This document shows, piece after piece, positions 10,076-24,435 of a DNA stretch of 64,000 nt; positions within the stretch are counted from its first letter, which is position 1; each line of letters begins with the position of its first letter. The stretch lies in the NCBI RefSeq assembly GCF_009914755.1, contig NC_060947.1. The stretch is one strand, 5' to 3'. Made by a program: the position numbers and the translations under genes. The DNA comes from the human T2T-CHM13v2.0 reference genome, Homo sapiens. The notes beneath the pieces are model-generated. The model made no database searches and was not told the DNA's origin. It saw only the letters and a program-made list of their open reading frames with translations.

Positions 10076-12237
10076 GTGAGAAGACTTGGTAAGTGGTAAA
10101 ATATTCTACTAATATAAATCCTTTCGATAAACATCAGCACAATTCTAACAAATTAATTAATCATCATGTTCAAGGTTGGGATGGGGGAAGCATTTATTTT
10201 TTGCCAACCTAAAAAATACTTTGAATAAATCCCTTCTGATTACTTAATAGGACCACCTCAAAGTAAAATAAGAGATGAGAGTCCACACAAGCTGCTACTG
10301 TTTACTGCTGGGAGTGACAGACTTGTGTGTTCTACAGGGATATATGAAGAGAAAGATTTCTCTGGCTGTTTCCAAATGTTTGAGAAACTTTATAGCATTT
10401 TGATTTAAAATAACATTTCTGAACATAAATAAATAAATATTTCTGATAGAGCAGGAAATTTAAGCTGGATGATTTGTAATGAGAAATCATATTGTAAATG
10501 CTGGAGGAGAGAAACATAAACTTAGTTTAATTCACAGTACTTTCTATTACACTAAAGTGTAGAGAGACTGGTGAGAACCTTTGTGGAAGAGTTATGGTAG
10601 GTTTCAGCAGCAAATGCTGTAGCTATAGTAGTTTATTTTTCTAACTGAATGTAATATTGGCAAAGATTAGGATATCACGTAAAAGAGAGAGCTGACTCCA
10701 TACTGTCAAGGAAGCATGACAGCAGGACTGTATAATTGGTAAAATTTGACTTCTAGCTTCCCCATCCTAGATCCTTTACCTAATAATAATAATAATAGTA
10801 ATAAAGTTATAAATAACAGAGACTTTACCATTGCAATAGATACTTCACTACCTTGTAAGGATAATTCACTCACCTTATAAGGTGAGGAAAAAATGGGTAG
10901 TGTAAGTCAAGGGTCTCATATGATATTGGAACCCCTTGAAGACTCAATAAATTATCAGTGTCATTGTTATTTTATTATATTTATCATTATTCCCATGTTA
11001 TATATGAAGAAATTGAGATGTGTTCCATCCTGTGACTTGAGGTGCTCAATAATTCAGTTTTTCCATAATCAAAAGCTCATGCCCAGATAAAAGTCATTTC
11101 TAATTGAGTGTGATTATGTCAATGTTCTTTCTCCCAGAAGGGTCTGCCTTTATAAACCTAAATTCTCCATGTGTAACAACAGGTTCTGTGCTCCGAAAAG
11201 GGCATTCAGGCTTCAGCCAGAAATGGTGTGGGATGAGAATTTGAGTCTCCCATGCTAGTTTCTCAAAAGTCCACTACCTATATAACCCTGAATCTTTTTA
11301 GGTCTTAAGTCAGCCCTATGGGGGTAACAGTGTTAGTGCCATTCATTAGGCATGTTATGACTTGAAGCTCAGGAGGATGGGGGTAGAGGGTATGAAAGAA
11401 ATAGCAAAAAATCTAATAGAAGCAAAATAAAGGAGGTATTTATCATGAAAATCTTTGGAAGATCTTTGTTTTCTAATCATAGATACTGTAGAGTTCTAGG
11501 ACATCACAGATATAAAGTCCCATGTTCTAGAATAAATTTACTCTTAAAAATCCAGGAAACTAAACCTCTCTCTCCTTTCTCTCGCACACACACACACAAA
11601 CACGAAGTAGCCCATACATAAAACAGGCATTGGAAGAGGTAGAGTTCCTCTGATTGAAAGAGGAAGAATAAAGATTCTGCTCCCTCTTATCACATTTAGG
11701 CAGCCATTGAGGGGAATCCTTAAATAACAGTTTGAATATTATTGGTCTAACATAACACTCTTATAGGTGAAAAAAATGATCCCCAAAGAGAGGGAATGAA
11801 ATTTCCCAAGGAGTTAGTGAGTGACCAAACTGGCATTGGTGCCTATGTCTTCTGATTCCCAGTCTAGTTTTCTTTTTGCTTTTTAAATTGAAGTACCAGG
11901 TGTTTATATGCTAGCAATGTGATGATTTCATAGACCTATGCTGCTTCTTTATCATTTTGAGAACAGAATATGACTGTGATCATCAACATCATTATTAGCA
12001 TTATCACTGGCAGCTGTAAGAAAGTTTATCCTGTGGCATGCATGCCAAAAATGTTTTGCAGGCTTCTGTATAGTGGAAAAGCTTGCTTCCAAATGGTGCC
12101 ATAAACTGCTGCTCCAGGCCTCCAAGCACCAGAGGGACCAGTTGTCACATAACCACTGGCAGTCACTCATCATTTCACATCTCCCATCCCATCCATTATT
12201 CTTAATGGATCCGTAGATCCATTAAGAATAAATGTTG

Positions 12238-12351
12238 AGGTATTTCATATGATGCGATTATTATGTTTTCCATGCCTATATCAAAGCATCTGATGTACAC
12301 CATAAATATGTACACCTACTAAGTATCCAAAAAATTAAAATTAAAAAATAA
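12238..12351 (+). mobile_element. 5'-truncated L1MA-type 3' end with TSD
   Basis: catgcctatatcaaagcatc...taaatatgtacacctact plus A-rich tail; flanked by AAGAATAAATGTTG at 12224-12237 and 12352-12365. Confidence 0.8.
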
Positions 12352-13522
12352 AAGAATAAATGTTGTTACACTGTGTATTTTGTAAATTTATTCTATTTGC
12401 AGAGGGGAGAATTGTTTTCAAAGAGAAATAACAACATTGGATGTTATCATTTTCCCATTGTTTTAATTTTACTGACTGAGCAGTGGTGATGAAATAATCA
12501 AAATGAGCAACTGAGAGTTCATATAATGAATAGGAAAAAATACTAAAATGCAGTGACTATAGAATCTCCCTAAGAGGAAAGAAAAGCTATTAAAAATGAA
12601 TCTGACTCCCATTATTTGTTTGAATAAACAGTTAAACATTTTCTCTCTTCTCTCCTGCCACTTCAGACCATTAAGACTGCTCTTTAATATATAAATATAT
12701 ATAGGACATCCATTTCAGCAATGCTAACATCCAAACAAAGAATAACAAAATAAATCTCATTACTTGTTACATTTAGTAATCTAGATGTTCCAGACTATGA
12801 GAACTGATAGCTGACTTATACAGAGCAGTGGCCAAACTAGCCAGTGTGAAGAGCCCTAGACAAATAAAAATCTCAGGAAGGGATATAAATGTTTATATGT
12901 TCTACAGAAAAATAGCATGTTTATAGAGTGATAGATTTCTTACAGCTCATTTCTCAACATGGGATCTACTTCAGAAACACATGAGAAATTTCTCTGAGAT
13001 AAATTTTATTGGCCTCATCCCTGATCTACTAAACTTGACTTTGAGGTTTGGGCTTGGAAAAGTTATCTGGTTTCTAATACAGACATTTGGTGAAGAACTT
13101 CTGACCTAGATTAGCTCCTTCACTGTAAAGATAAGGAAATGTAGAGTAAGAAAGAGTAAATGACTTGCTGAAGGTAACTTTTTTTTCCTTTTCACCTGTA
13201 TCCATGAACAATGAATGTTGGAGCCTGAGGGAGGTAAGTGGTACAGAAGGGTTCCCCTATTCGAGGGAGTTGCATATTCTAAATGAGAAGATAAGATTAG
13301 GAAACATTAAACAAGTAGAAAATAATTCAAGACAATTACTTTTTTTTCCTGAAGAGGTTGGGGGTCTAGGTGAGGAATTGGGAGACCCAATATTGAAGGA
13401 CATAGATGGATACAGGGTCATCTACCCTTGCTTTGCAGAATCTCTCATACAGTATTTCATGGGAAAGATTGGACTCTGTTGAAGTGCAATGTGACTTGGA
13501 AATGCAGGTGTGATTTTTATGC

Positions 13523-14783
13523 TTTTTTAAAAATGTATTTTAGGTGCAAGAGTACATGTGCAGGTTTGTTATGTAGGTAAACTGTGTGTCATGAGAATTT
13601 GGTATACAGATAATTTCATCACTCAGGTAATAAATGTAATAACCAGTAGGTAATTTTTTTGTGATCCTCTCTCTCCTCCCACCCACCACCCTCAAGTGGG
13701 CCCCAGTGTCTGTTGTTTCTCTCCTAGTATCCATGTGTTCTCATTGTTTAGCTCCCACTTACAAGTGAGAACATGCAGTATTGGTTTTCTTTTTCTGTAT
13801 TAGTTTGCTTAAGATCATGACCTCCAGCTCTATCCATATTGCTGCCAAGGAAATGATCTCATTCTTTTTTATGGCTGCATAGTATTCAGTAGTGTATATG
13901 TACCACATTTTCTTAATCTAGTCTACTGTTGATGGACATTTAGGCTGATTTTATGTCTTTGTTATTGTGGAGAGTGATGCAAACGTACATGTGCATGTGT
14001 CTTTATGATAGAATTATTTATATTACTTTGGTTATATACCCAGTAATGAGATTGCTGGGTTGGAAGGTAGTTCTGTTTGTAGCTCTTTGAAGAATTGCCA
14101 TGCCGCTTTCCACAATGGTTGAACTAATTTACACTTCCACCAACAAAATAAGCGTTCCCTTTTCTCCACGATCTCTCCAACATCTGTCATTTTTTGACTT
14201 TTTAATAATAGTCATTCTGACTGGTGTGAGATGGTATCTCATTGTGGCTTTGATTTGTATTTCTCTAATGATTAGTGATATGGAGTAATTTTTCATATGC
14301 TTGTTGGCCGCATGTATGTCTTCTTTTGAAAAGTGTCTGGTCATGTCCTTTGCCCACTTGTTAATGGGGTGATTTGGGGGGTTTTGGTAAATTTGTATAA
14401 GTTCCTTATAGTTTCTGGATATTAGACCTTTGTTGGTTGCACAGTCTGCAAATAATTTCTGCCACTGTGTAGGTTTTCTGTTTATGCTGTTGATAGTTTC
14501 TTTTCTTTGCAGAAGCTCTTTAATTAAATTACGTTTGTCAATTTTTGTTTTGTTGCAATTGCTTTGGTGTCTTCATCATGAAATCTTTGCCAGGTTCTAT
14601 ATCCAGATTGATATTTCCTAGGTTATCTCCAAGGATTTTTACAATTTCAGGTTTTACATTTAAGTCTTCAATCCATCTTGCATTGATTGTTGTATGTAGT
14701 GTAAGGTAGGGGTCTGGTTTCAATCTTCTGCATATGGCTAGCCAATTATCCCAGCACCATTTATTGAATGGGGAGTCCTTTGC
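13523..14783 (-). mobile_element. L1PA (old, L1PA15/16-like) 3' portion
   Basis: Antisense 3' UTR (tacatgtgcaggtttgttatgtaggtaaac) and ORF2 C-terminal peptides in the ORF track ([27 protein letters not shown]). Confidence 0.93.
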
Positions 14784-15544
14784 TCTTACAATTTTTCACA
14801 CTTAGAATAAATATTAAAAGTATCCTATGAAAAGTCTATAAAAGGCTTAACCTGAGCAGGCAAGCCGTTTTCTGACTTCATCTTTAGCATTTATTAGACA
14901 CAATGCAAAACTTTTGGATGATCCCCCCAAAATCACATACTTAATACCCTTAAAACAGATAAGACAAGGAACGTACCTAATTGTAATGGATTTGATTCAA
15001 AATGGTGCAAGACTTGTTAAAGAAGCATAATGGAAGAGAAATAAAACTATGCGCTGATTTTCTACGAGTAAGGCAGTGTTGTCTTCCTTTAGGAAGAAGT
15101 GACTAGTGCAGAAGAGAAAGAAAAGGATGTTGGAGTCTCATGTGTGGAAAGAACAACTAATTATAGGAATAGTTCCTCAGTTGGAAAGGACAGAAAAACA
15201 CAGTTCTGAGGAACAGGTACAGAAGCCAGAAAGAAGGCTTCTCTAAGAGAATTTTACAAAGTAATCAAGAAAATAATGATAAAGTTCTGAATAATTATTT
15301 TAGATTTCCTGCTCTCTATTTAAACTTAGACTAGCTTGGACCAGTTAGCTTTTTAAGGTTTCTTTTTCCGCTCTATTATTATCAGGGGAGGCAGAAGAGA
15401 AAAAAGAACATCAGATGTGAGGTCAGATTAATCAGGCTCACATTATAGATTGCCTATTATCAGAGCTTTTGGGAGTCACTGCCTCATCTGTAAAATCAGG
15501 TTACTACTTTTCCTACTTATACCTCAAAGGAATATTGTGAAAAT

Positions 15545-15632
15545 TATATATGCATATATATTGATAAATATATACTCTGCATATATAAAAATATATAATA
15601 TGTATATATACTCTGCACATATATATATATAT
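15545..15632. repeat. AT-rich low-complexity tandem
   Basis: (TA)n with repeated tatatactctgca. Confidence 0.7.
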
Positions 15633-15955
15633 GTAAAATGTGTTTGGAGGTGCTTTGTAAACCAACAGCAAAGTCTGTACAAATGTTAAAATATTATTCA
15701 TGCAGTTTTTTAACTTTCTTTCCCTCCTGCAAATTCCAAAGGTTCTTAAGTTTCTTGTAACTCATTCTAGAGATTGAAGTAAATATAACAATAGTAATGA
15801 TAGTAACAATAATGTAACATCTATTGAGTGCTTATTATGTGTCAAGCAACATTTGTAGGTGATTTACCAGAAATAACTAATTTAATCCATATGATGGAAA
15901 ATTATATTTGAGGTTACAATTTTCTTTGTACACCAGAAAACAGTTTCTAGGTTGC

Positions 15956-16314
15956 TGTCTTAGTCTTTTGGGGCTGCTATAATAAAATAACATAGATGGA
16001 TGGCTTAAACAACAGATACATATTTTCTCACAGTTGTGGGGGCGAGAAGTCCGAGATCAAGGTGAGAGATTCTGTTCATAGTAAGCCCTCTTCCTAGCTT
16101 TCAGACTACCACCTTCTCATTGTATCTTCATGTGGTGGAGAGAGCTCTGGTCACCCTCTCTTCTTATAAGGATACTAATCACATCATGAGGACCCTACCC
16201 ACCTGACCTCATCTAACTCTAATTACCTCCCAAAAGTTCTGCTTCTGAATATATCATATTATTGGGTATAATTATAACATATAAATTTGGGGGAGATACA
16301 CTCAGTCCTTAACA
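15956..16314 (-). mobile_element. MaLR solo LTR (MLT1A/B-like)
   Basis: TG...CA ends; ggctgctataa...cacagttgtgg...gagaagtccgagatcaagg...taattacctcccaaa; 5-bp TSD GTTGC/GTTGG. Confidence 0.85.
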
Positions 16315-16887
16315 GTTGGAAATGAAGATGTTAGATTATGCTGTAGTACTGACTAACTTCCAGAGATGTTGTTACTGAAGATACCCCCAAATGTGCTAAT
16401 CTTCATCAAGCATCCTATTTTCTCATGAGAGTCTCCTATCTTCCAGAGTGTTTATGCAAACACTCCTACCATAATAGTTCTTTGACTTCTAGTCCATTGA
16501 TACCTCTGACTTTTTCCTTTATGGTAGCCTCCTTCTATTTTCACTTTCCTTCCCATCTATTTCAGATTTCATGAACCATTTATTTCAATAACTATCTTGA
16601 CAAACAGGCACTACTTGTGAAAAGGTGGTCTGTTGTATTCGCTTTCTCCTAAATTCCTTTATAACCCACAGCTTTTGTGTAAGCCAGGGAAAGATAAGGG
16701 TGCTTGATCTGTGTTTAATGTGTGTCTTAGCCTCTACACTATGCCTGTCTTGTTTCCTGTTACAACTTCCAGGCCTAGCATGGTGTCTGTTACATATTTA
16801 TCAAAGGAATAAATAAATTAATCATACCAGAATTAGGACCAGCTTATAGGCATTCAAGATAGATTTTGGATCATTAAAAAAATATTC

Positions 16888-17040
16888 GAACAATTAGAAC
16901 AGTCCAAAATAGGATGGGCTGCATTATGAATTCTGAATTTCTATGTCACTGAAGATATTCAGGGAGGGCGTAGGTACAGTTAAGGAGAGTGCATGAGACC
17001 AGGTGTTTTATGAAGTCTTATCCAATCCTGGATTCTGTTA
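16888..17040 (+). mobile_element. CR1/L3 3' end fragment
   Basis: attagaacagtccaaaataggatgggctgc...tgtcactgaagatattcag...ccaatcctggattctg resembles the L3 3' end. Confidence 0.5.
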
Positions 17041-18002
17041 TCTAGAAATAAAACTTGCATAAGGGACTGGAAGTTCATTCATGAAAGAAGAAAATATGAG
17101 TAGTTTTTGATTACACATTTAAATTTGACAGTAAAGTTTTAAAATTTGTTCTACTATATTAGTAGAATTTACGCAGGAATACTGACTTTCGTAAGCCATT
17201 TATTCAAGTGTTCCAAAAGTCATTATTTTTCCATAACCAAACTTCATTTCAACCTTGGGTTTTGAGTCCACCTAGTGGCTGAAATTTGCTATTAATCAAT
17301 TCTGGGTAAGCTCAAGTAACTTTAAGGTTTCTCAGTTATTTTAGGGCTCAAATTCAGTCTAACAAGAGCTTGTCCTCACCTCATCCTCTTTCCCCAGTGT
17401 GGCATAAACATTTCCAGCTGCTCAAATAGTATCATGGCATCTGCAAGGAGGCACTTAGTCATTAATGTCTGTCCATACTGGCATCCGCTAAAGCGTGGAA
17501 ATCCATCTCTCTTTAGCTAATGTTTCCCCTATGCTAGAACCTGCTGAGATGGCTTCAAATACATATTTTATTTGCCCAAACTACACTTCACCTAATCCCC
17601 CACCCTCTGCAGTATTTACTTCTCAAAATCAAAATCACAACCCGTCAGGATTTCTCTCTTTTTCTCTCCCTCTCTCTCCCATCCCCTCTCTTGTTGTACT
17701 TCATCATTTTTTGGTAGTATGAGAAAATATAACTACCCCTTTATCATGCTGTGCCATGTGAAGTTCCCTCCATCCCTGTTAACATGTTGATGCAGGGAAG
17801 CTACTGTCTTCCAGGATTCTAAGTCTAAAGAAGGACGCATGCACCCTCATTTTTCAGATATTCTGTTCTCAGAACCCTTTCTAAGAAACCATAGCTGGAG
17901 TAAGACTGTATTATTGTCTGTGATGCTTTACCTCCCTAGTCTAGTCTATGAAGCTCATAGGTGGAAATATGCTTCTTATGCCAGCTTCTATTATTCTCAA
18001 CA

Positions 18003-18301
18003 TTTTTTTTTGAGACAGGGTCTCACTCTGTTGCCCAGGCTGGAGTGCAGTGGCACGGGGTGATCACGGCTCACTGCAGCCTCAACCTCCCTGGCACAGG
18101 TGATTCTCTCACCTCAGCCTCCCGCGTAGCTGGGACTACAGGCATGTGCCACCACATTGGGCTAATGAAAAAAATATTTTTTGTAGACAGGGGTTTTCAC
18201 CATGTTGCCCAGGCTGGTCTGTAACTCTTGGGCTCAAGGGATCCTCCCTCCTCTGCCCCTCAAAGTGTTGGGATTATAGGCATGAGCCACTGGGCACAGC
18301 C
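18003..18301 (-). mobile_element. AluJ
   Basis: gagacagggtctcactctgttgcccagg...cactgcagcctcaacctcc...gggctcaagggatcctccc (J-type diagnostics). Confidence 0.92.
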
Positions 18302-19871
18302 AAGACTATTATTTATAGTATAATTTTGGCTACTGATGCCCAGAGTATTTTTTAATAACAGATTTATAATTCACGCACCATAAATTACATCTGTTTCACT
18401 TTAAAATGTACAATGTTTGTTTGTACATTTTTGTTTCATTTGTTTTTAGTATGGTCACAAAGTTGTGCAATCATCACCACTATCTAATTTCAGAACATTT
18501 TTGTTACCCCAAAAATAAACTCCATGCTCATTAACAGTCAGTTCCTATTACTCTCTCCTCCAAGTTCTTGGCAACTACTAATCTACTTTCTGTTTCTGTG
18601 AATTTGTCTTTCCTGGACACTTCATATAAATTGAATCATGAAATAAATGGCCATTTGTGACTGGCTTTTTTCATGTAGTATAATGCTTTCAAGTTTCATC
18701 CATGTTGTAGCATGTTATAAATACTTCATTCTTTTTTATGGCTGAAAAATACTTCGTTGTGTGAATATACAAAATTTTGTTTACCCATGTATCGGTTGAT
18801 GAGCATTTTGATTTTTAACAGTTTTTTTGTTATTATAAATAGTGTAGTTATGAACATCTGTGTAAAAGTTTTTGTGTGGGTATATGTTTTCATTTATCTT
18901 GGTTATATGTATAAAAGCGGAAATGCTGGGTTCTATGGTAACTGCTATGTTTAACTTTTTGAGGAAATGCCAAATTGGTTTTCCCAGAATTCCACCATAT
19001 TCCGTTCCAATCGACGATGTTTGAGCATTCTAATTTTTCCACTTTATCATCATTCGTTATTGTCCATTTTTTAATCATAGCCATTCTAGTCAGTCTGAAG
19101 TGATATCTCATGGTGTTTTGATTTGCATTTCCCTGATGACTAATGATGTGGAGCATTTTTTCATGTGTTTGTTAGCCTTCTGTATATCTTTTCTAGAAAA
19201 ATATCTAAACTTTTTTTCTTACTTATAAATTGAATTTTTTGCCTTTTTGTGGTTGAGTAGTAATAGTTCTTCACATATTCTGGATACTATACCTTTATCA
19301 GTTATATAATTTCTAAATATTTTCTCCCATTCTATGTATTATATTTTCACTGTCTTGATCATGTTCTTTTACACACAAAATTATTTAATTTTGAAGTTCA
19401 ATGTATATATTTTTTCTTTGGTTACTTGTGCTTTGTCATGTCTAACAAGGCTTTGCCAAATCCAATATATCAAAGTTTGCACTTATGTTTTCTTCTGAGT
19501 GTTTTATCATTTTAGTGCCTATATTTAGGTCTATGATTCATTTTGAGTAAATTTTTGTTTATGGTATGAAGTAGGAGTCCAACTTCCTTGTTTTGCATGA
19601 GAATATCTAGTTGTTAGGGTACTATTTGCTGAAAGGACTATTCTTCCCCCATTAAATTCTCCTGACACCCTTGGCGAAAATCAATGTACCCTAAATATGA
19701 AGGCTTTATTCTTATATTCTTAATTCCATTTCATTGAGCTATATGTTTCTCTTTGTGCCAGTACTATACAGTCTTGATTGCTTTAGTTTAGTAGCAGCCT
19801 TTTAAAATCATAAAGTATAACTCTTTTAACTTTTTCTTCTTTTCCAAGATTGTTTTGACTTTTTTCAGTGT

Positions 19872-20045
19872 TAATTAATAAATTTTTATTAGAACACAGC
19901 CATGTCTATTTCTTTACATATTGTCTATGGCTGCCTTCATGCTCCAAAGACAGAGTTGGGTAGTTGAAATGGAGACCATGTAACTTACAAAACTAAAGGT
20001 ACTTACTCTCTAGTCCATTACAAACATAATTTGCTGGCTTCTGTT
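19872..20045 (+). mobile_element. MER58-like hAT DNA transposon (partial)
   Basis: tttttattagaacacagccatg...acatattgtctatggctgcctt...agagttgggtagttg..gagacc..tttgctggcttctg. Confidence 0.75.
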
Positions 20046-20054
20046 CTACAAATA

Positions 20055-20270
20055 TATTTCTTCCAAGGCTATAGATTATATAGTTTTTAAGTGTTACAAA
20101 CTTATCATATTACAGTTCTGTAAGTTAGAGATCTGACACAAGTCTCACTGGGCCAAAATCAAGGTGTTAGCTGGACTGTGTTCCTTCTGGAGGCTCTAAG
20201 AGATAATTTATTTTGTCTTTTCAAGCTTCTAGAGCTGCCACATTCCTTGTCTCATGGCTCCATCCTCCAT
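20055..20270 (-). mobile_element. MaLR LTR fragment (MLT1D-like)
   Basis: ttacagttctg...gtctcactgggccaaaatcaaggtgttagctggactgtgttccttctggaggctctaag. Confidence 0.75.
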
Positions 20271-20271
20271 T

Positions 20272-20678
20272 TTCTTTTTTTATTTTTAATTTTTTAAAAC
20301 GTACCATCATTACCATTTTAAATATACAGTTCAGTGGCAATAAATACACTTATGTCCTTTTTTGTTCCCTCCTCTTCCACTCCCCTCTCCTCTTCTGGCC
20401 TCTGGTAATCAATGCTCCACTTGCTACCTCCATGAGATAAACTTTTTTAGTTCCTATATATGAGTGGGAACATGCAATATTTGTCTTTCTGTGCTTGCCT
20501 TACTTCACGTAACATAATGGCCTCCAGTTCCATCAATGTTGCTGCAAATGACAGGATTTTATTCTTTTTTTACGACTGAATGATATTGCATTGTTTATGT
20601 ATCACGTTTTCTTTATCCATTCATCCACTGATGGGCACTTAGGTTAATTCCATATTTTGGGTATTGTGAATATTGCTG
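20272..20678 (-). mobile_element. L1MA/MB 3' end fragment
   Basis: gcctctggtaatc...gagtgggaacatgcaatatttgtctttctgtgc...gttgctgcaaatgacaggatttt. Confidence 0.75.
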
Positions 20679-22110
20679 TTTTGACTATTCTGAGTCCTGT
20701 GCACTTCCATATAAATTTAAGGATCATCTGGTCAATTTCTACCAAAAAAATGCTATCCAGGATTTTGATATGGATTGCTTTTCAATTTGAGAGTATTGTC
20801 ATGTTAAAAACACTAAGCTGTCTAATCCATGAATGAGCTATTGTCTTTTTCTTTATTTAGGTCTTTTAAAATTTCTTCCAACAATGTTTTGTTATTTTCA
20901 GAAAATAAGTTTTGAAATTCTCCCATTAAATTAATTCTTATTCTTTTATTTTTTATAGTATTATAAATAGAATCTCTTTGTTAATTTTACTTCCAGATTA
21001 TTCACTGCTAATGTAGAGAAACACAATTTTTTTTTCAATATTGGTATTGTATTCTGCAATCCTGTTGAAGTTCAATCTTGTTCAAATTGTTTGATTGTTT
21101 TAATTATTATTTGGTGGATTCCTTAGGATTTTCTAGTTACAACATACTGTCATCCACAAATAGAGGTAGTTTTACTTCTTATTTACAAGCTGTATTACTT
21201 TATTTTTTTTTCTTAGTCAAATTGTCCTGGCTCAAAGATACCTATTTGTTGGCATATGGTATATTGCATTTCCTTATCATCTTTTCTATTTTTATAAGTT
21301 CAGTAACAATGTTCCCTGTTTATTCCTAATGTTAGTAGTTTGCAGCTTTCCTTTTTTTCTCTGTCCATGTTGATAAAGTTTGGCCATATTTCTTGATGTT
21401 TTCAATGAACAAACATTTGAGTTTGTTGATTTTTCTCTATTGTTTTTATTCTCTATTTCATTTATTTATATACTAATACTTATTATTTCCTCCTTCTCTT
21501 GGTTTGTGTTTAGATTGTTTTTCTATTTTTAATTCTTAGGGTGAAAGGTTAAGGTATTTGTTTGAGATCTTTATTGTTTTTGGAATATTAAAAAGAAGCC
21601 TTTCCTTTAAGCTTTAGATTTCACTGTATCTTAGTGTTTTGGTATGTTGTGTTTTCATTTATATCAATCTACAGATATTTTCAAACTCATTTTGGGATTC
21701 CTTCTTTAATCCATTGGCTATTTAGGAGTGTGCCATTTAATTTCTACATATTTGTGAATTTACAAATATTCTCCTGATATTTATTTCTAGTTTTTTGACC
21801 CCAACCCTCCTCTCACCCTCCACCCTCCAGTAGGTCCTGATGTGTATTGTTCCCTTCTTTGTGTCCATGTGTACTCAGTGTTTAGCTCTCACTTACAAGT
21901 GAGAATATGCAGTATTTGGTTTTCCGTTCCTGTGTTAATTCTCTTAGGATAATAGCCTCCAGCTCTATCCATGTTGCTGCAATAAACACAATATCATTGT
22001 TTTTTTATAGCTATGTAGTATTCCGTGGTGTATATGTACCACATTTTCTTTACCCAGTTTACCATTCATAGGCATCTAGGTTGATTTAACGTCTCTGTTA
22101 CTATGAATAG

Positions 22111-22447
<337 letters not shown>

Positions 22448-24400
22448 ACATGTGTGTCTTTATGGTAGAATAATTTATGTCCCTTTGGGTATATACCCAA
22501 TAATGGAATTTCTGGGTCAAATGGTAGTTCTGTTTTAAATTCTTGGAGAAATTTCCAACCTGCTTTCCACAGTGGCTGAACTAATTTATATTTCCTCCAG
22601 AAGTGTGCAAGCATTCTCTTTTCTCTGCAACCTCACTGGCATATGTTATTTTTTGACTTTTTGACAATAGCCATTGTGATTGGCGTAAGATGGTATCTCG
22701 TTGCAGTTTTAATATGCATTTCTCTAATGATTAGTGATGTCGAACATTTTTTCATATGCTTCTTGGCGGCATGTATGTCTTCTTTTGAAGTGTCTGTTAT
22801 GTTCTTAGTCCACTTTTTAGTGGAGTAGCATTTTTTGTTGTTGTTAATTTGCTTAAGTTCCTTATGGATTCTGGATATTAGAACTTTCTCAGATGCATAG
22901 TTTGCAAATTTTTTCCCCATTTGGTAGGTTGTCTGCTTATTCTGTTGATAGTTTCTTTTGCTGTTTAGTTTAATTAGGTCTCTGTTTTTGTTGCAATTGC
23001 CTTTGCCATCTTCATCATGATATCTTTGTCAGGCCCTATGTCCAGAATGGTGTTTCCTAGGTTTTTGTCAAGGGTTTTTATACTTTTAGGTTTTACATTT
23101 AAATCTTTAATCCATCTTGAGTTGATTTTTGTATATGGAGTAAGGAACCTAGTTTCAATCTTCTGCTGCCAGTTATTTCAGCACCATTTATTGAATTAAA
23201 AAGTCCTTTCCTCATTGCTTGTTTTTGTTGACTTTGTCAAAGACCAGATGGTTGTAGGTGTGCTGTTTTATTTCTGGGTTTTCTCTTCTGTTCCATTGGT
23301 ATATGTGTCTGTTTTTTTTTTTTTCACCACTACTATGCTGTTTTGGTTATTGTAGACTTTTAGTATAGTTTGAAGTCTTAGAATGTGATGCCTCAACATT
23401 TGTTCTTTTTGTATGGGATTGTTTTGACTATTTAGGTTCTTTTTTAGTTTCATATTAATTTTAAAGTAGTTTTTTTTTCTAATTCTGTGAAGAGTTTCAT
23501 TGGTAGTTTGAGAGGGATAGCATTGAATGTGTAAATTGCTTTGGACAGTATGACAATTTTAGTAATACTGATACTTCTTATCCATGATCATGGAATGTTT
23601 TTATTTGTGTCATCTGATTTCTTTCAACAGTGTTTTGGGATTCTCATTTTAAAGATCTTTCTCCTCCCTGATTAGCTGTATTCTTAGGTATTTTATTCTT
23701 TTTTTGATGCCTATTGTGAATGAAATTGTGTTCTTGATTTGACACTCAGCTTGCATGTTCTTGTGTAAAAATTGTAGTCAATTTTGTACATTGATTTTTA
23801 TCCTGAAACTTTGCTGCAGTTGTTTATCACATCAAGGAGCATTTGGGCAGAGACTAAGAGGTTTTCTAGGTACAGAATCATATCATCTGAAATCCATAGA
23901 TATTTTGACTACCTTTCTTCCTATTTGGATGCCTTTTATTTCTGTCTCTTGCCTTATTGCTCTGAGTAGGACTTCCAGTACCTTGTTGAATAACAGTGCT
24001 GAGAGAGGGCATCCTTTTCTGTTCCAGTTTTCCAGGGGAACGTTTTCAGCTTTTGCCGGTTTAGTATGATACTGCTCCGAGATTGTCATAGACGGCTCCT
24101 ATTATTTTGATGTATGTACCTTCAGTGTCTGGTTTGTTGAGGGTTTTTTTTTTTTAACATGAAGGGATATTTAATTTTATTGAAGGCTTTTCTTCATCTT
24201 TTGAGATAATTATTTTTTTAGTTTTGTCTATGTCATGGATTACGTTTACTGATTTTTGTGCGTCGGATTGACCTTGCATCTCAGAGATGAAGCCTACTTG
24301 ATCAAGTTGGATTAGCTTTGTGATGTGCTGTTGTATTTGGTTTGCTAGTATTTTGTTGAGGATTTTTGCAACTGTGTTCATCCAGGATATTGCCATGAAG

Positions 24401-24401
<1 letters not shown>

Positions 24402-24434
<33 letters not shown>
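24402..24434. repeat. (TG)n microsatellite
   Basis: Read directly. Confidence 0.95.

Positions 24435-24435
<1 letters not shown>

Larger units (their letters stand above)
18350..21790 (-). mobile_element. Old L1 (L1MB-like), interrupted by younger elements
   Basis: Antisense 3' UTR and ORF2 ([15 protein letters not shown]); broken at ~19865-20680 by MER58, MLT1 and L1MA pieces. Confidence 0.8.

Noticed and set aside
10337-10408. Beta/gamma-crystallin-like IYEEKDFSG after an acceptor-like site
   Set aside because: A single short motif followed by a stop, with no second Greek-key motif.
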